From the NCBI GenBank assembly GCA_045580645.1, contig JAZNOG010000039.1, forward strand, positions 1 through 43,299: a stretch of 43,299 bases of DNA. Reading direction: 5' to 3'. Position numbers and translations under genes: made by a program. The notes beneath the pieces were generated by a model. It saw only the letters and a program-made list of their open reading frames with translations. It did no database searches and was not told the DNA's origin. The DNA comes from Bacilli bacterium (GTDB lineage Bacteria; Bacillota_I; Bacilli_A; RF39; UBA660). Shown piece after piece: positions 1 to 9,546 of the stretch (position 1 is the first letter of the stretch; each line of letters starts with the position of its first letter).

Positions 1-1009
1 ATAAAATTTTATCAAAAAAAGGAAACATATAAGAAATAATAACAAAAGGCATAAGAATATAAGAAACATAAGAAATAAAAAATATATTATAAATAACAGA
101 CAAAAAATTAACCTGATAAAAATTATTAACAACAATAGGATAACTAACTAAAAAAGAGATTAAAGAAGTCATAAATAACTGTCTTATCTTACCCTTAAAA
201 TTATTTATAATATCACTAAAAACTATTAAATAAAAAGTTATCAAAAAAGAAAATTGTAACCCAATATTATACAAAAAAAGAGGATTTATAAAAACAATTA
301 TAGATATTGTAAGAAGTAATAAATTAACGGCCTTAACATTTAACTTTAAAATCTTATTCAACATTATAAATATTGTAAGAATAGCGCCTCTTAATATAGA
401 CATAGAATAATTAGTTAAAAACATATAAAAAAGCAAAAATGAAATACTAACTATATAGATAAAAACTTCATTAATTTTAAGCTTTTTAAACAAACTAGAA
501 ATAAGCAAAACAAAAATAGAAATATGAAGCCCAGAAACCGCGAATAAATGACTTATGCCATTTTCTTGATAAGAACTTTTAACATCATCATCAATAAAAT
601 TATTATTACCAAAAATTAAACTATTTATATAAGAAAAAGAAAGTTCAAGTTTTTCACTTCTTTTAATCAAAATATTCTTAAGTTTATAAAAAATATTTTT
701 ACTTTTACTAATTTTTTCTATATTAGTTATTGTTACAACATTATATATTTTTTGATTATAAAGATACCTCTTATAATCAAAAGTATTAGGCACAGTAGCA
801 TTATTAATATCATTTATTTCACCAGAAATCCTAACTCTATCACCAAGAGAAAAATTATTAACAAAATTGTTAATATCATCTTCATAATAATAAGCAAGTA
901 TTTTTTCATTACCCTTTAAACTTAATGTAACCTTGTCATTAGAAATTTTAATATCAGTAATAATAAAATCTTCATTTAAAAAATTATCATAACTACTCTC
1001 ATAATTCAT
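1..1009 (-). CDS. comEC: ComEC/Rec2 DNA-uptake channel, N-terminal part; the gene runs off the left edge
   Basis: The minus-strand frame is open from the ATG at 1009..1007 to base 1. It is missing from the ORF track because it is open-ended. My translation reads MNYESSYDNF...YQENGISHLFAVSGLHISIF..., and GISHLFAVSGLH is the classic ComEC motif. It is multi-TM and lies directly downstream of comEA. The frame stays open up to about 1066, so the true start is uncertain. Confidence 0.8.
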   Translation of the reverse strand, partial: MNYESSYDNFLNEDFIITDIKISNDKVTLSLKGNEKILAYYYEDDINNFVNNFSLGDRVRISGEINDINNATVPNTFDYKRYLYNQKIYNVVTITNIEKISKSKNIFYKLKNILIKRSEKLELSFSYINSLIFGNNNFIDDDVKSSYQENGISHLFAVSGLHISIFVLLISSLFKKLKINEVFIYIVSISFLLFYMFLTNYSMSILRGAILTIFIMLNKILKLNVKAVNLLLLTISIIVFINPLFLYNIGLQFSFLITFYLIVFSDIINNFKGKIRQLFMTSLISFLVSYPIVVNNFYQVNFLSVIYNIFFISYVSYILMPFVIISYMFPFFDKIL

Positions 1010-1067
1010 ATTACTTAGAGCAACAAAGTATAAAAATGCAAAAAACAAAATAATATAATATAAATAA

Positions 1068-1805
1068 TTATGTTGTAATATAATCTTTAATCTGTTCATA
1101 TAAAGAATCCCCTATACCAGAGACATTTTTTATATCTTCTATTAAATTAAAAATACCATTTTTCTCCCTATATTCAATAATACTTAATGCCTTAGATTCT
1201 CCAATACCAGGCAATGTCATAAGTTCTTCTTTACTAGCAGTATTTATTGATATTAAAGAAAAATTTTCATTACCACTATCAATATTTTCTTCATCTTTAG
1301 TATCAACATTCTCAATTGAAACACAAGAATCATTTTGAACACTAGATTGTGTCCCTTTACAAGATTCCTCTTTCAAAACCTCTTCCTTTTTCTTAGTTAC
1401 CCAATTTGCTACATCATTCTTATCATATATTATAATTACCATTTCATCTGTTACTCTAAGACTTAAATTGTTAACACTAGTATCTGCTTTACTAGTAACG
1501 CCACCTGCCAAATTTATGACATCAATAACTCGCTTACCCTCTTCAATCTTATATGTCCCGGGCTTTTTAACTTCGCCCTTAATATCAACATAAAAAAACT
1601 GTGGAACATCTAATACCTCTTCCTTTTCTTCATCTTGCTGCTCTAAAACCAAAACTTCTGCACTCTGATTAAAAAAAGATATATTTTTCTCTATCTTATT
1701 ATTTAAATAATAAAATAAAAATACTTGAAAAATAACAACTACTAAAATAACACCTCCAATCACTAATAATTTCTTTTCTTCCAAAAACTCAAAAAATTTT
1801 TCCAT
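1068..1805 (-). CDS. comEA: ComEA competence DNA receptor (N-terminal TM, SLBB-like core, C-terminal helix-hairpin-helix)
   Basis: The C-terminus LISINTASKEELMTLPGIGESKALSIIEYREKNG...VSGIGDSLYEQI is a tandem HhH. There is an N-terminal TM helix, and the gene is adjacent to comEC. Confidence 0.85.
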   Translation of the reverse strand: MEKFFEFLEEKKLLVIGGVILVVVIFQVFLFYYLNNKIEKNISFFNQSAEVLVLEQQDEEKEEVLDVPQFFYVDIKGEVKKPGTYKIEEGKRVIDVINLAGGVTSKADTSVNNLSLRVTDEMVIIIYDKNDVANWVTKKKEEVLKEESCKGTQSSVQNDSCVSIENVDTKDEENIDSGNENFSLISINTASKEELMTLPGIGESKALSIIEYREKNGIFNLIEDIKNVSGIGDSLYEQIKDYITT

Positions 1806-1852
1806 ATAAAAACCTCCTCATATATATAATTCGCATGAGAAGGCAATTACAC

Positions 1853-2989
1853 CTAAGCTTTTTTCAAATTTTTCATTTTTACTTCATATTGAACTCTCTG
1901 AACAAGTGTTAAAGCAACAATAGTGCTCCAACAAAAACTACCACCATAACTTATAAAAGCAAGAGGAACTCCAGTTATTGGAATAATTCCCATAACGCCA
2001 CCTAAATTAATAATAATATGCAAAAACAAGTATATTGCAACACCATAGCAAATCAAAGAATACAAAGTCCTATTAGAGCATTTTCCAATTGCCACTATTC
2101 TAAGTATCAAAAATATATATAAAAGAAATAACACAACCGCGCCAACAAGTCCCAACTCTTCAACATATATAGCAAAAATAAAGTCAGTATGTGCTTCAGG
2201 CAAATACAAATATTTTTGAGTGCTATCGCCAAGTCCTTTTCCTAATATTCCCCCACTATTCATTGCAATATATGCATTACAAAGTTGATTTCCACTATCC
2301 AAATACCTTTCACAAGGATTTGCAAAATTAAACCTTGCAAGTTTATTAGAATCAAGTATTTTGTCTCCAAAAGCAACTAATACCAAAACTAATAAAACAA
2401 AAGAACAAAATCCTATTAAAAAGACACCTTTCTTTATTCTTTTACTAACAGGAGATAAGAAAAAAATACATAAAGATAAAACTAAAAATATAAAAGCAGT
2501 TCCTAAGTCCTTTTGTAAAACAATAAACAACGTAACTAGATCACAAACTCCTAAAGGCAATAGCATCTTTTTTAAATCATCACTATATTTTTTGTTTTGA
2601 TCATAATAAGTAGCAAGTAAAACAATAATAGCTATTTTTGCAAATTCACTTGGTTGAATTCCAAATCCTTTATAACCAATCCAACCATAAGCTCCATTAA
2701 CCGCAGTTCCATATAAAAATAAACAAACTAAAATAATTGATATAGCAATCATAACAATCCAAGATACCACAGAATATGTTTTACTATTAAATCTTATAAT
2801 AAATAAAGACAAAATAATACCAGATATTAAAAAAATAAGTTGTTTAACAAAATAAACACTAGGACTAGCGTCATTCAACATATAAGCTGTTACATTTGAA
2901 GCAGAATATATCATAATAAGCCCAAGAGAAAATAAAATAATTGTTACAATTAAAAGTCTTTTATCTAAATTTTTCAATATTTTTATCAT
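1853..2989 (-). CDS. SEDS-family peptidoglycan polymerase (FtsW/RodA/SpoVE)
   Basis: A roughly 10-TM protein with SEDS-like stretches: NSGGILGKGLG, PEAHTDFIFA, GIIPITGVPLAFISYGGS. The paralogue cannot be assigned from sequence alone. Confidence 0.9.
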   Translation of the reverse strand: MIKILKNLDKRLLIVTIILFSLGLIMIYSASNVTAYMLNDASPSVYFVKQLIFLISGIILSLFIIRFNSKTYSVVSWIVMIAISIILVCLFLYGTAVNGAYGWIGYKGFGIQPSEFAKIAIIVLLATYYDQNKKYSDDLKKMLLPLGVCDLVTLFIVLQKDLGTAFIFLVLSLCIFFLSPVSKRIKKGVFLIGFCSFVLLVLVLVAFGDKILDSNKLARFNFANPCERYLDSGNQLCNAYIAMNSGGILGKGLGDSTQKYLYLPEAHTDFIFAIYVEELGLVGAVVLFLLYIFLILRIVAIGKCSNRTLYSLICYGVAIYLFLHIIINLGGVMGIIPITGVPLAFISYGGSFCWSTIVALTLVQRVQYEVKMKNLKKA

Positions 2990-3108
2990 ACAATTACCTC
3001 ATTATAATCATAACATATTTAAAAAAAAATTAAAATATATAGATTTTTGTAATGTCAAAAAATGACTAATTTAATAAACTATATTAGATAAGTAAAAGGA
3101 GGATGTTT

Positions 3109-3282
3109 ATGTATTATTACGGAAATTCATACGGATACGGTAATGCAGGCGGATGCTGTGGCGGTTCTCAAGTAAATAGTTGCTATGGAGGAAACTACGG
3201 TGGATATGGCAATGGATATGCAATTATACTAGTTTTATTTATTCTGTTAATAATCATATTAGGATGCAGAAACTGGAACTAG
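3109..3282 (+). CDS. YjcZ-family tiny sporulation membrane peptide (57 aa), absent from the ORF track
   Basis: The SD AAAGGAGG sits 6 nt before the ATG at 3109. Translation: MYYYGNSYGYGNAGGCCGGSQVNSCYGGNYGGYGNGYAILLVLFILLIIILGCRNWN. It has a Gly/Tyr-rich head and an (A/F)(I/L)LLVLFILLII tail, as in the YjcZ/TIGR01732 family. A perfect 10-bp terminator follows. Confidence 0.7.
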   Translation: MYYYGNSYGYGNAGGCCGGSQVNSCYGGNYGGYGNGYAIILVLFILLIIILGCRNWN

Positions 3283-3295
3283 TATGATTTATTAA

Positions 3296-3328
3296 AAAGA
3301 AATAGCAACCCTATTTCTTTTTTTTTAT
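3296..3328 (+). terminator. Intrinsic terminator after the yjcZ-like ORF
   Basis: aaagaaatag (3296-3305) pairs perfectly with ctatttcttt (3311-3320) around the loop caacc, followed by a T-run. Confidence 0.8.
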
Positions 3329-3365
3329 TTTTGTGTTACAATATACATGTTTTTGAGGTGGTATT

Positions 3366-3917
3366 ATGTTAACAAATAAAGATATTTTAGATGAAAAAGA
3401 TAAAAGATTAAGACTAATTAGTAAAGAAGTTACATTTCCTTTAACAAATGAAGATAAAAAAAATATTGACTTAATGATTGAATATTTAACTAATAGTCAA
3501 ATTGATAAATTAGCAAAAAAATATGATTTAAGACCAGGAATGGGTCTTGCTGCTATTCAACTTGGAATAGATAAAAGATATATCGTAATAGTGCATGAAC
3601 AAGATATAAAAGAAACATTTAATACTTACGTAGTAATAAACCCTAAAATAATATCTACATCAGAAGAAATGATTTATGTAGAAGAAGGAGAAGGTTGTTT
3701 AAGTGTTAATCGCGAATGCGAAGGAATTGTCCCAAGACATGCAAGAGTAACTGTTGAAGGTTATGATATAGATGGAAATAAAATAAAGATAAGAGCAAGA
3801 GAAGAACTTGCAATTGCATTCCAACATGAAATAGATCATTTAAATGGAATATTATTTATTGATAAAATTGACAAAGATGACCCTTATAAATATGAAGATG
3901 TTTATCGTTCAATATAA
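3366..3917 (+). CDS. def: Peptide deformylase
   Basis: Motifs GLAAIQLG, EGEGCLSV and HEIDHLNG. Confidence 0.95.
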   Translation: MLTNKDILDEKDKRLRLISKEVTFPLTNEDKKNIDLMIEYLTNSQIDKLAKKYDLRPGMGLAAIQLGIDKRYIVIVHEQDIKETFNTYVVINPKIISTSEEMIYVEEGEGCLSVNRECEGIVPRHARVTVEGYDIDGNKIKIRAREELAIAFQHEIDHLNGILFIDKIDKDDPYKYEDVYRSI

Positions 3918-3948
3918 AAAAATTATACAATCAAGTATAATTTTTTTT
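3916..3948. terminator. Bidirectional terminator between convergent def and dut
   Basis: aattatac (3921-3928) pairs with gtataatt (3935-3942). An A-run lies upstream and a T-run downstream. Confidence 0.7.
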
Positions 3949-4384
3949 AATTCTTACCTGTTGAACCAAATCCACCATCACCACGAATAGTTTGATCAAG
4001 TTCATCTGTTTCTACAAAATTAACTTTTAAATATGGCTGAATTACCATCTGAGCTATTCTATCACCATTTTTTATAACTCTAACTTCCTGAGACTGATTA
4101 TACATAGAAGCAAGAACTTCCCCGCGATAATCAGAATCGATAACAGCAACCTTATTTGCAGGTGCAAGACCTTCCCTTGTTGCAAGACCACTTCTTGCAT
4201 ATATAAATCCTGCATAACCTGTTGGAATTTCCAAAGCTATTCCAAGTGGAATAAGTTTTGTTTCAAAAGGATTTAAAATAACATCTTCCTCTAAACAAGC
4301 ATATAAATCAAACCCTGCAGAAAATTCTGTCCCATATGTAGGAATAACAGCATTATTTCTCATTTTTTTTATTTTCATATCCAT
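3947..4384 (-). CDS. dut: dUTP diphosphatase
   Basis: Motifs SAGFDLYA, ARSGLA, IDSDYRGE and GGFGSTG. The start is probably the ATG at 4384 or 4378, with a GGTGGA SD upstream, rather than the ORF-track start at 4405. Confidence 0.9.
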   Translation of the reverse strand: MDMKIKKMRNNAVIPTYGTEFSAGFDLYACLEEDVILNPFETKLIPLGIALEIPTGYAGFIYARSGLATREGLAPANKVAVIDSDYRGEVLASMYNQSQEVRVIKNGDRIAQMVIQPYLKVNFVETDELDQTIRGDGGFGSTGKN

Positions 4385-4385
4385 A

Positions 4386-7322
4386 CTAATCCACCAACTT
4401 AACACTTACTAATTTAGAAACACCAGACTCTTGCATAGTAATACCATATAACGTATTAGCGTATTCCATAGTTTTCTTTTTATGAGTTATTATAATAAGT
4501 TGAGTCTTATTAACATACTTTTTAAGATATGCCCCCACTCTATCAACATTTGCTTCATCAAGAGCAGCTTCAACCTCGTCAAATAAACAAAATGGAATTC
4601 TCTTGATATTCAAAATAGCAAATAATAAACTAATCGCTGTTAATGTTTTTTCACCACCTGATAAAAGAGAAATGCTAGATATTTTCTTTCCAGGAGGAGT
4701 TACCATAATATCAATACCAGTTTCTAAAATATTATCTTTATCAGTAAGCTTTAATTTAGCTTCTCCACCTCCAAATAAATCTTTAAATACCTTATCAAAT
4801 TCTATTTCAATTTCCTTAAAAGTCTTAACAAATTCTTGTTTCATAACTTCATCAAGTTCATCAATAATATTAAGTAAAGTTTCCATAGCATTACCTAAAT
4901 CACTACTTTGCTTTGTTAGAAAATCATACCTTGCACTTATTCTTTCATATTCCTCAATTGAAGAAATATTAACATCACCTAATTTTTTAATAACACCTTT
5001 TAAATCATTTACAATACGTCTTGCAACATCTACCTCTATTTCAAGAATATAATTAGCTCTAGCTTTTTCAAAAGTCATAGAATAAACTTCACTTAAAGTA
5101 GAAAGCATATTATCCATTTTAACGCTTATTTTAGTATTACTAATCTCATAATCCTTAAGCTTATTTTCAAGTTCCCTCAAATTAGAATTATCAAGTCTAA
5201 ATTTAGCCTGAAGTTCATCAACATAAGAAGCTAACTTATCCTTCTCTGAAGTTAAAACTCCAACTTTTTTCTCTAAATCTTCTCTTTTGTTCAATACTTC
5301 ATAATACTTACTAATAACCTTATCTTCTTCACTAGATAAAGTATTATTTTGAACATTTGTTAAACTATTAAGTTCCACTCTTTTTTCTTCATATTCTTTT
5401 ACATATTTATCATAAACAAGTTTCTTACTATCAATTTGTTCTTTTAACAATATTCTTTGTTTTTCATATTCTAGAACCTTAACTTGAAGATTTTTTTCTT
5501 CTCCTAAAACATTATCTAAATCCACTTTTAATTTATCTAATTTCTCAGTTAAATCACTCTTTTTAGACGTTAAATTTGAAAGTTCATATTTTTCAGAAAT
5601 AATAGATTTTACTTTAACAGTTCCACCAGTAATAGAACCACCTACATTTAAAACTTCACCAGTTAAAGTAACTATTCTATACTTATTATTAATCTTTTTT
5701 GCTAGTTTATTAGCATTATCAATATTATCCACTAATAAAACATTGCCAAGTTGATTATAAACAATATTTTCATATAATTTGTCAAAAGTTAACAAATTAG
5801 CAAAAACATCTATAAAGCCTTCACTTTCTCTCAAAATTTCTAAAGTTTCTTCTTCTACGAAACGCTTCTTTATAACATCAAGAGGAAAAAAAGTAACTCT
5901 TCCTAAATTATTTTCCTTTAAATAATTAATAGCGCCTTTTGCACAGTTTGGATTATCTACAACAACATAATCTTTCGCACCACCTAAAGCAACCTCTAAA
6001 GCAAGACTATATTCATCAGAAGTTTCAATTAATTTAGCAATAACATTATGAATACCTTTTAATTTTGGATTAGATAAAACCTTCTTCGCATTTAAAGAAA
6101 TATTTCCTCCTTGTTCAATATAATCAGTTAATGATTTTATTTTATATTCTAAACCATTAATTTCTTGTGATAAAGAAGAATAACTTTTTTCTAAATCCGT
6201 TCTAAACAATCTTTTATCCTTAAGTAAATTATTATTTTCTAAAATAACATCACTAATTGAAACATAATCTTTATTTATAATATCAATATCAGTTTTTAAA
6301 GACAAAATTTTATTATTAAGTAATAAAGTTTGTTCCTTTAAGTTAACAATATTATCGTGAACTCTCATATCAGAAGAATCATACTTACTTCTTTCTTTAA
6401 TAATATTCTTTTGTCCATTAAGTCTTTCTTCTTCCTTAGAAAGTTCTAAAAGTTCATTATTTAATTTATATAATTCATCACTTAATTTTGTAAGTTCCTG
6501 TTTTTTATTTTCTAAAGCAATATCACTATTAACAGAATTTGTATTAAGCTTAATTATTTCATTCTGAATTTCTTCAATTAAAGAACTATTTTTTTGATAA
6601 TCATTATTCAAATTTTCTAAATCGTTAGCAATTAAAGAAATTTCAATATTTTCTAATTTTTCCCTTGCCTCTAAATATTTTTTAGCTTTCTCACTTTGTT
6701 CTTTTAAAGGTTCAATTTGAGTATCAAGTTCAACCATAATATCTTTTACCCTTGTCAAATTCTCATTTGTTTTTTCAAGTCTCTTTAAAGCCTCTTCTTT
6801 TCTCTTCTTATACTTTAAAACTCCAGCAGCCTCTTCAAAAATAGTTCTTCTCTCAAATGGAGAATCACTAACTACCTTATCTACTTCGCCTTGAGAAATA
6901 ATATTAAAAGCATATCTTCCCATACCACTATCTAAAAACAAATCATATATATCTTTTAAACGACATTTTTCATTATTCAAATAATATTCATTTTCACCAC
7001 TTCTATAAACCTTACGGGTAATCGAAATCTCTGTCCAAGGATAGTTTAAATAAGAATCACTATTATCAAAAACTAAAGAAACAGATGCTAAATTAAGAGG
7101 ATTACGAGACTTACTACCAGTAAAAATAACATCAGTCATATTATTAGAACCACGAAGATTTTTAACAGACTGTTCACCAAGCACCCATTTTACAGCATCA
7201 ACAATATTACTTTTTCCAGAACCATTTGGACCAACTATACAAGTAATATTATTATCCAAACTAATATTTATTTTATCTGCAAAAGATTTAAAACCAGAAA
7301 TCTTTATTTCTTTCAAATACAT
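4386..7322 (-). CDS. smc: Chromosome condensation/segregation ATPase SMC (978 aa)
   Basis: MYLKEIKISGFKSF..GPNGSGKSN (Walker A), a hinge around GGAKDYVVVD..GRVTFFPLD, LSGGEKTLTAISLLFAI (signature) and FCLFDEVEAALD (Walker B). The start is set at the ATG at 7322 (MYLKEI) rather than 7391. Confidence 0.95.
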   Translation of the reverse strand: MYLKEIKISGFKSFADKINISLDNNITCIVGPNGSGKSNIVDAVKWVLGEQSVKNLRGSNNMTDVIFTGSKSRNPLNLASVSLVFDNSDSYLNYPWTEISITRKVYRSGENEYYLNNEKCRLKDIYDLFLDSGMGRYAFNIISQGEVDKVVSDSPFERRTIFEEAAGVLKYKKRKEEALKRLEKTNENLTRVKDIMVELDTQIEPLKEQSEKAKKYLEAREKLENIEISLIANDLENLNNDYQKNSSLIEEIQNEIIKLNTNSVNSDIALENKKQELTKLSDELYKLNNELLELSKEEERLNGQKNIIKERSKYDSSDMRVHDNIVNLKEQTLLLNNKILSLKTDIDIINKDYVSISDVILENNNLLKDKRLFRTDLEKSYSSLSQEINGLEYKIKSLTDYIEQGGNISLNAKKVLSNPKLKGIHNVIAKLIETSDEYSLALEVALGGAKDYVVVDNPNCAKGAINYLKENNLGRVTFFPLDVIKKRFVEEETLEILRESEGFIDVFANLLTFDKLYENIVYNQLGNVLLVDNIDNANKLAKKINNKYRIVTLTGEVLNVGGSITGGTVKVKSIISEKYELSNLTSKKSDLTEKLDKLKVDLDNVLGEEKNLQVKVLEYEKQRILLKEQIDSKKLVYDKYVKEYEEKRVELNSLTNVQNNTLSSEEDKVISKYYEVLNKREDLEKKVGVLTSEKDKLASYVDELQAKFRLDNSNLRELENKLKDYEISNTKISVKMDNMLSTLSEVYSMTFEKARANYILEIEVDVARRIVNDLKGVIKKLGDVNISSIEEYERISARYDFLTKQSSDLGNAMETLLNIIDELDEVMKQEFVKTFKEIEIEFDKVFKDLFGGGEAKLKLTDKDNILETGIDIMVTPPGKKISSISLLSGGEKTLTAISLLFAILNIKRIPFCLFDEVEAALDEANVDRVGAYLKKYVNKTQLIIITHKKKTMEYANTLYGITMQESGVSKLVSVKLVD

Positions 7323-7414
7323 ATTAACACCTTCTATCATTACTAAAATAATTATATCAAATTTATCAAAATAATAAAATAATAATAACAAAAATTAAAA
7401 ATTATTAACTTTTT

Positions 7415-7444
7415 TTGCGCAAAAATTAAAAACTATGCTACAAT
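7415..7444 (+). promoter_or_regulatory. Sigma-A type promoter for the 166-aa gene and gmk
   Basis: TTGCGC (7415-7420), an 18-nt spacer, then TGcTACAAT (extended -10, with TACAAT at 7439-7444). Confidence 0.5.
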
Positions 7445-7467
7445 GAAATACACAGGAGGTAAAAATT

Positions 7468-7968
7468 ATGAGTAAAAGAAGAATAAATTTTGAAGAAACT
7501 TTTGAACAACAATTAAGGAGATTTTTGGATGGAGAACCAAAAAATATAGATCCACTAAAAGAAATTCCACAACCTAAAATCACAATATATGTATTAGAAA
7601 CAGAAGAAAATAACATATATTTTGATACATTACAAGAACAAATAGAATATATCAAAAATAACAAAGACAAAAAATTCAATTCATTTAAAATTGAATATTT
7701 AGGATATGTAGCAGGAAGACACGATGTAATTAGAACTACAAGAGCAAAAAACGAACAATTTATGTTAACCCCTACTGACAACACAAAATATGAAGTATAT
7801 AGCGAAAAAAGAAGTTTTTACACAGGAAACTATATATGGGAAGAAAACCAAGGCAGCTTAAAATCAATATATGATGAACTAAAAAAACGTGGTATTAAAT
7901 TATCATTTGATGTATATGATAATGAATACATAAAAATTAATAAAATGGTTAGAGTTAAAAATATATAA
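7468..7968 (+). CDS. Hypothetical protein (166 aa), no recognisable motif
   Basis: A strong SD (AGGAGGT) precedes the ATG. The gene is compact and is followed closely by gmk. Confidence 0.6.
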   Translation: MSKRRINFEETFEQQLRRFLDGEPKNIDPLKEIPQPKITIYVLETEENNIYFDTLQEQIEYIKNNKDKKFNSFKIEYLGYVAGRHDVIRTTRAKNEQFMLTPTDNTKYEVYSEKRSFYTGNYIWEENQGSLKSIYDELKKRGIKLSFDVYDNEYIKINKMVRVKNI

Positions 7969-7985
7969 TTTAACAGGAGCAAAAA

Positions 7986-8552
7986 ATGAAAAAAGGTAAC
8001 CTAATTGTTATATCTGGACCATCCGGTTCAGGTAAAAGCACAATAAGAGAAAATATTATAAAAAATAATTCAAATATCTGGTATTCAATTTCAATGACAA
8101 CAAGAAATAAAAGAATAAATGAAACAGATGGCATAGACTACTATTTTGTAAATAAAGAAAAATTTAAAGAAGAAATAAAAAATAATAATTTTTATGAATA
8201 TGCAGAAGTATATCAGGATATTTTCTATGGAACACCAAAATCAAAAGTAAATGAAATGTTAGAAAAAGGCTATGACGTAATATTAGAAATAGATGTAGAA
8301 GGCGCACTTAATATTAAAAAACAAAAAAATGATGCCATTTTAATATATATTATGCCACCAAGTATTGAAGAACTTGAAAAAAGATTAAGAAAAAGAAAAA
8401 CAGAAAGTGAAGAAAAAATAATAGAAAGAATAAATAAAGCCAAATTTGAAATATCATTTAAAGATAAATACGATTATATTGTTACAAATGACAATATAGA
8501 TACAGCAATCAAAGAAGTAGAAAACATCATAAAAAAAAGAAGTTATTTATAA
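7986..8552 (+). CDS. gmk: Guanylate kinase
   Basis: GPSGSGKST P-loop, the SMTTR motif, and typical length. Confidence 0.93.
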   Translation: MKKGNLIVISGPSGSGKSTIRENIIKNNSNIWYSISMTTRNKRINETDGIDYYFVNKEKFKEEIKNNNFYEYAEVYQDIFYGTPKSKVNEMLEKGYDVILEIDVEGALNIKKQKNDAILIYIMPPSIEELEKRLRKRKTESEEKIIERINKAKFEISFKDKYDYIVTNDNIDTAIKEVENIIKKRSYL

Positions 8553-8558
8553 AACTTC

Positions 8559-9227
8559 TTATTTTTTTGCCAAAATAGAAAGTGCAGATTTTGCAGCTTC
8601 TTGTTCTGCCTCTTTTTTAGAACCCCCAATACCCTCACCAAAAACAATATCATCTACTTTAACAACAACTTTAAAAACTCTTTCATGGGCTGGACCAGAT
8701 TCTTCTAATAATTCATAAACTAAAGATCGTTGATCAGTTTGAACAGCTTCCTGTAAAACAGATTTATAATCACTAAATAACATAATATTTTCATCCTCAA
8801 TATAAGGAACAATTATCTTAAGTGCTACATCTTTTGCTTTTTCAAAACCTAAATCCAAGTAAATAGCAGCAATAAAAGCCTCAAAAACATCAGCTAAAAT
8901 AGCCTTTTTATGAGTCCCACCACTTCTTTGTTCACCTTTTCCAACTTGAATATAATTACTAAAACCTAAGTCATTAGCGTATTCATATAAAGCATTTTCA
9001 CAAACATAACTAGCTCTAATCTTAGTCATTTCTCCTTCTTTATACTTTTTTGCATTATATAAATAATCAGAAACAACTAAATCAACAATAGTATCCCCCA
9101 AAAATTCTAAAGTTTCATAAGAATAAGAAAGATTATGTTCATAAGCATATGAAGTATGAATAAAAGCCTGTTCATATAAAAATATATTCTTAAAATCTAT
9201 ATCTAGTTTTCTTAATAATTCTATCAT
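8559..9227 (-). CDS. rnc: Ribonuclease III
   Basis: ETLEFLGD signature and a C-terminal dsRBD (GGSKKEAEQEAAKSAL). The start is set at MIELLRK (9227), which has a GGTGA SD. Confidence 0.93.
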   Translation of the reverse strand: MIELLRKLDIDFKNIFLYEQAFIHTSYAYEHNLSYSYETLEFLGDTIVDLVVSDYLYNAKKYKEGEMTKIRASYVCENALYEYANDLGFSNYIQVGKGEQRSGGTHKKAILADVFEAFIAAIYLDLGFEKAKDVALKIIVPYIEDENIMLFSDYKSVLQEAVQTDQRSLVYELLEESGPAHERVFKVVVKVDDIVFGEGIGGSKKEAEQEAAKSALSILAKK

Positions 9228-9325
9228 ATAAATCACCTGTCTATAAATATAACACAAAATTAACAATTTTAAAACTATATTGATAAAATTTAAATTTAAT
9301 AGTAAAATAATATTGGTGAATGTTT

Positions 9326-9544
9326 ATGAAACATATCTTTATATTTTTCATAAAAATATATCAGAAAATTCCAGGACCATGGCATGCTTCGTGCAAACAC
9401 ATACCAACATGCTCAAATTATGCAATTGAAGCATTTAAAGTCCACGGAAGTATAAAAGGACTATACTTAACAATAAAAAGAATATTAAAATGTAATCCCC
9501 TAAATAAAGGTGGTTTTGACCCAGTCCCACAAAAAAAGGAGTAA
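9326..9544 (+). CDS. yidD: Membrane protein insertion efficiency factor YidD
   Basis: [16 protein letters not shown]...G..L...RILKCNP motif. A GGTGA SD precedes the ATG at 9326. Confidence 0.85.
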   Translation: MKHIFIFFIKIYQKIPGPWHASCKHIPTCSNYAIEAFKVHGSIKGLYLTIKRILKCNPLNKGGFDPVPQKKE

Positions 9545-9546
9545 AT

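Noticed and set aside
4603-5052. 149-aa plus-strand ORF inside smc
   Set aside because: It is entirely antisense to a well-supported SMC coding region. It has no SD and a low-complexity Ser/Ile-rich product typical of shadow frames in AT-rich DNA. The same reasoning applies to 2361..2600 (inside ftsW/rodA).
7395-7784. 129-aa minus-strand ORF overlapping the 166-aa plus-strand gene and its promoter
   Set aside because: It has no SD. It runs antisense through a plus-strand gene that has a strong AGGAGG SD and an extended -10 promoter. The product is hydrophobic low-complexity sequence arising from T-rich codons.
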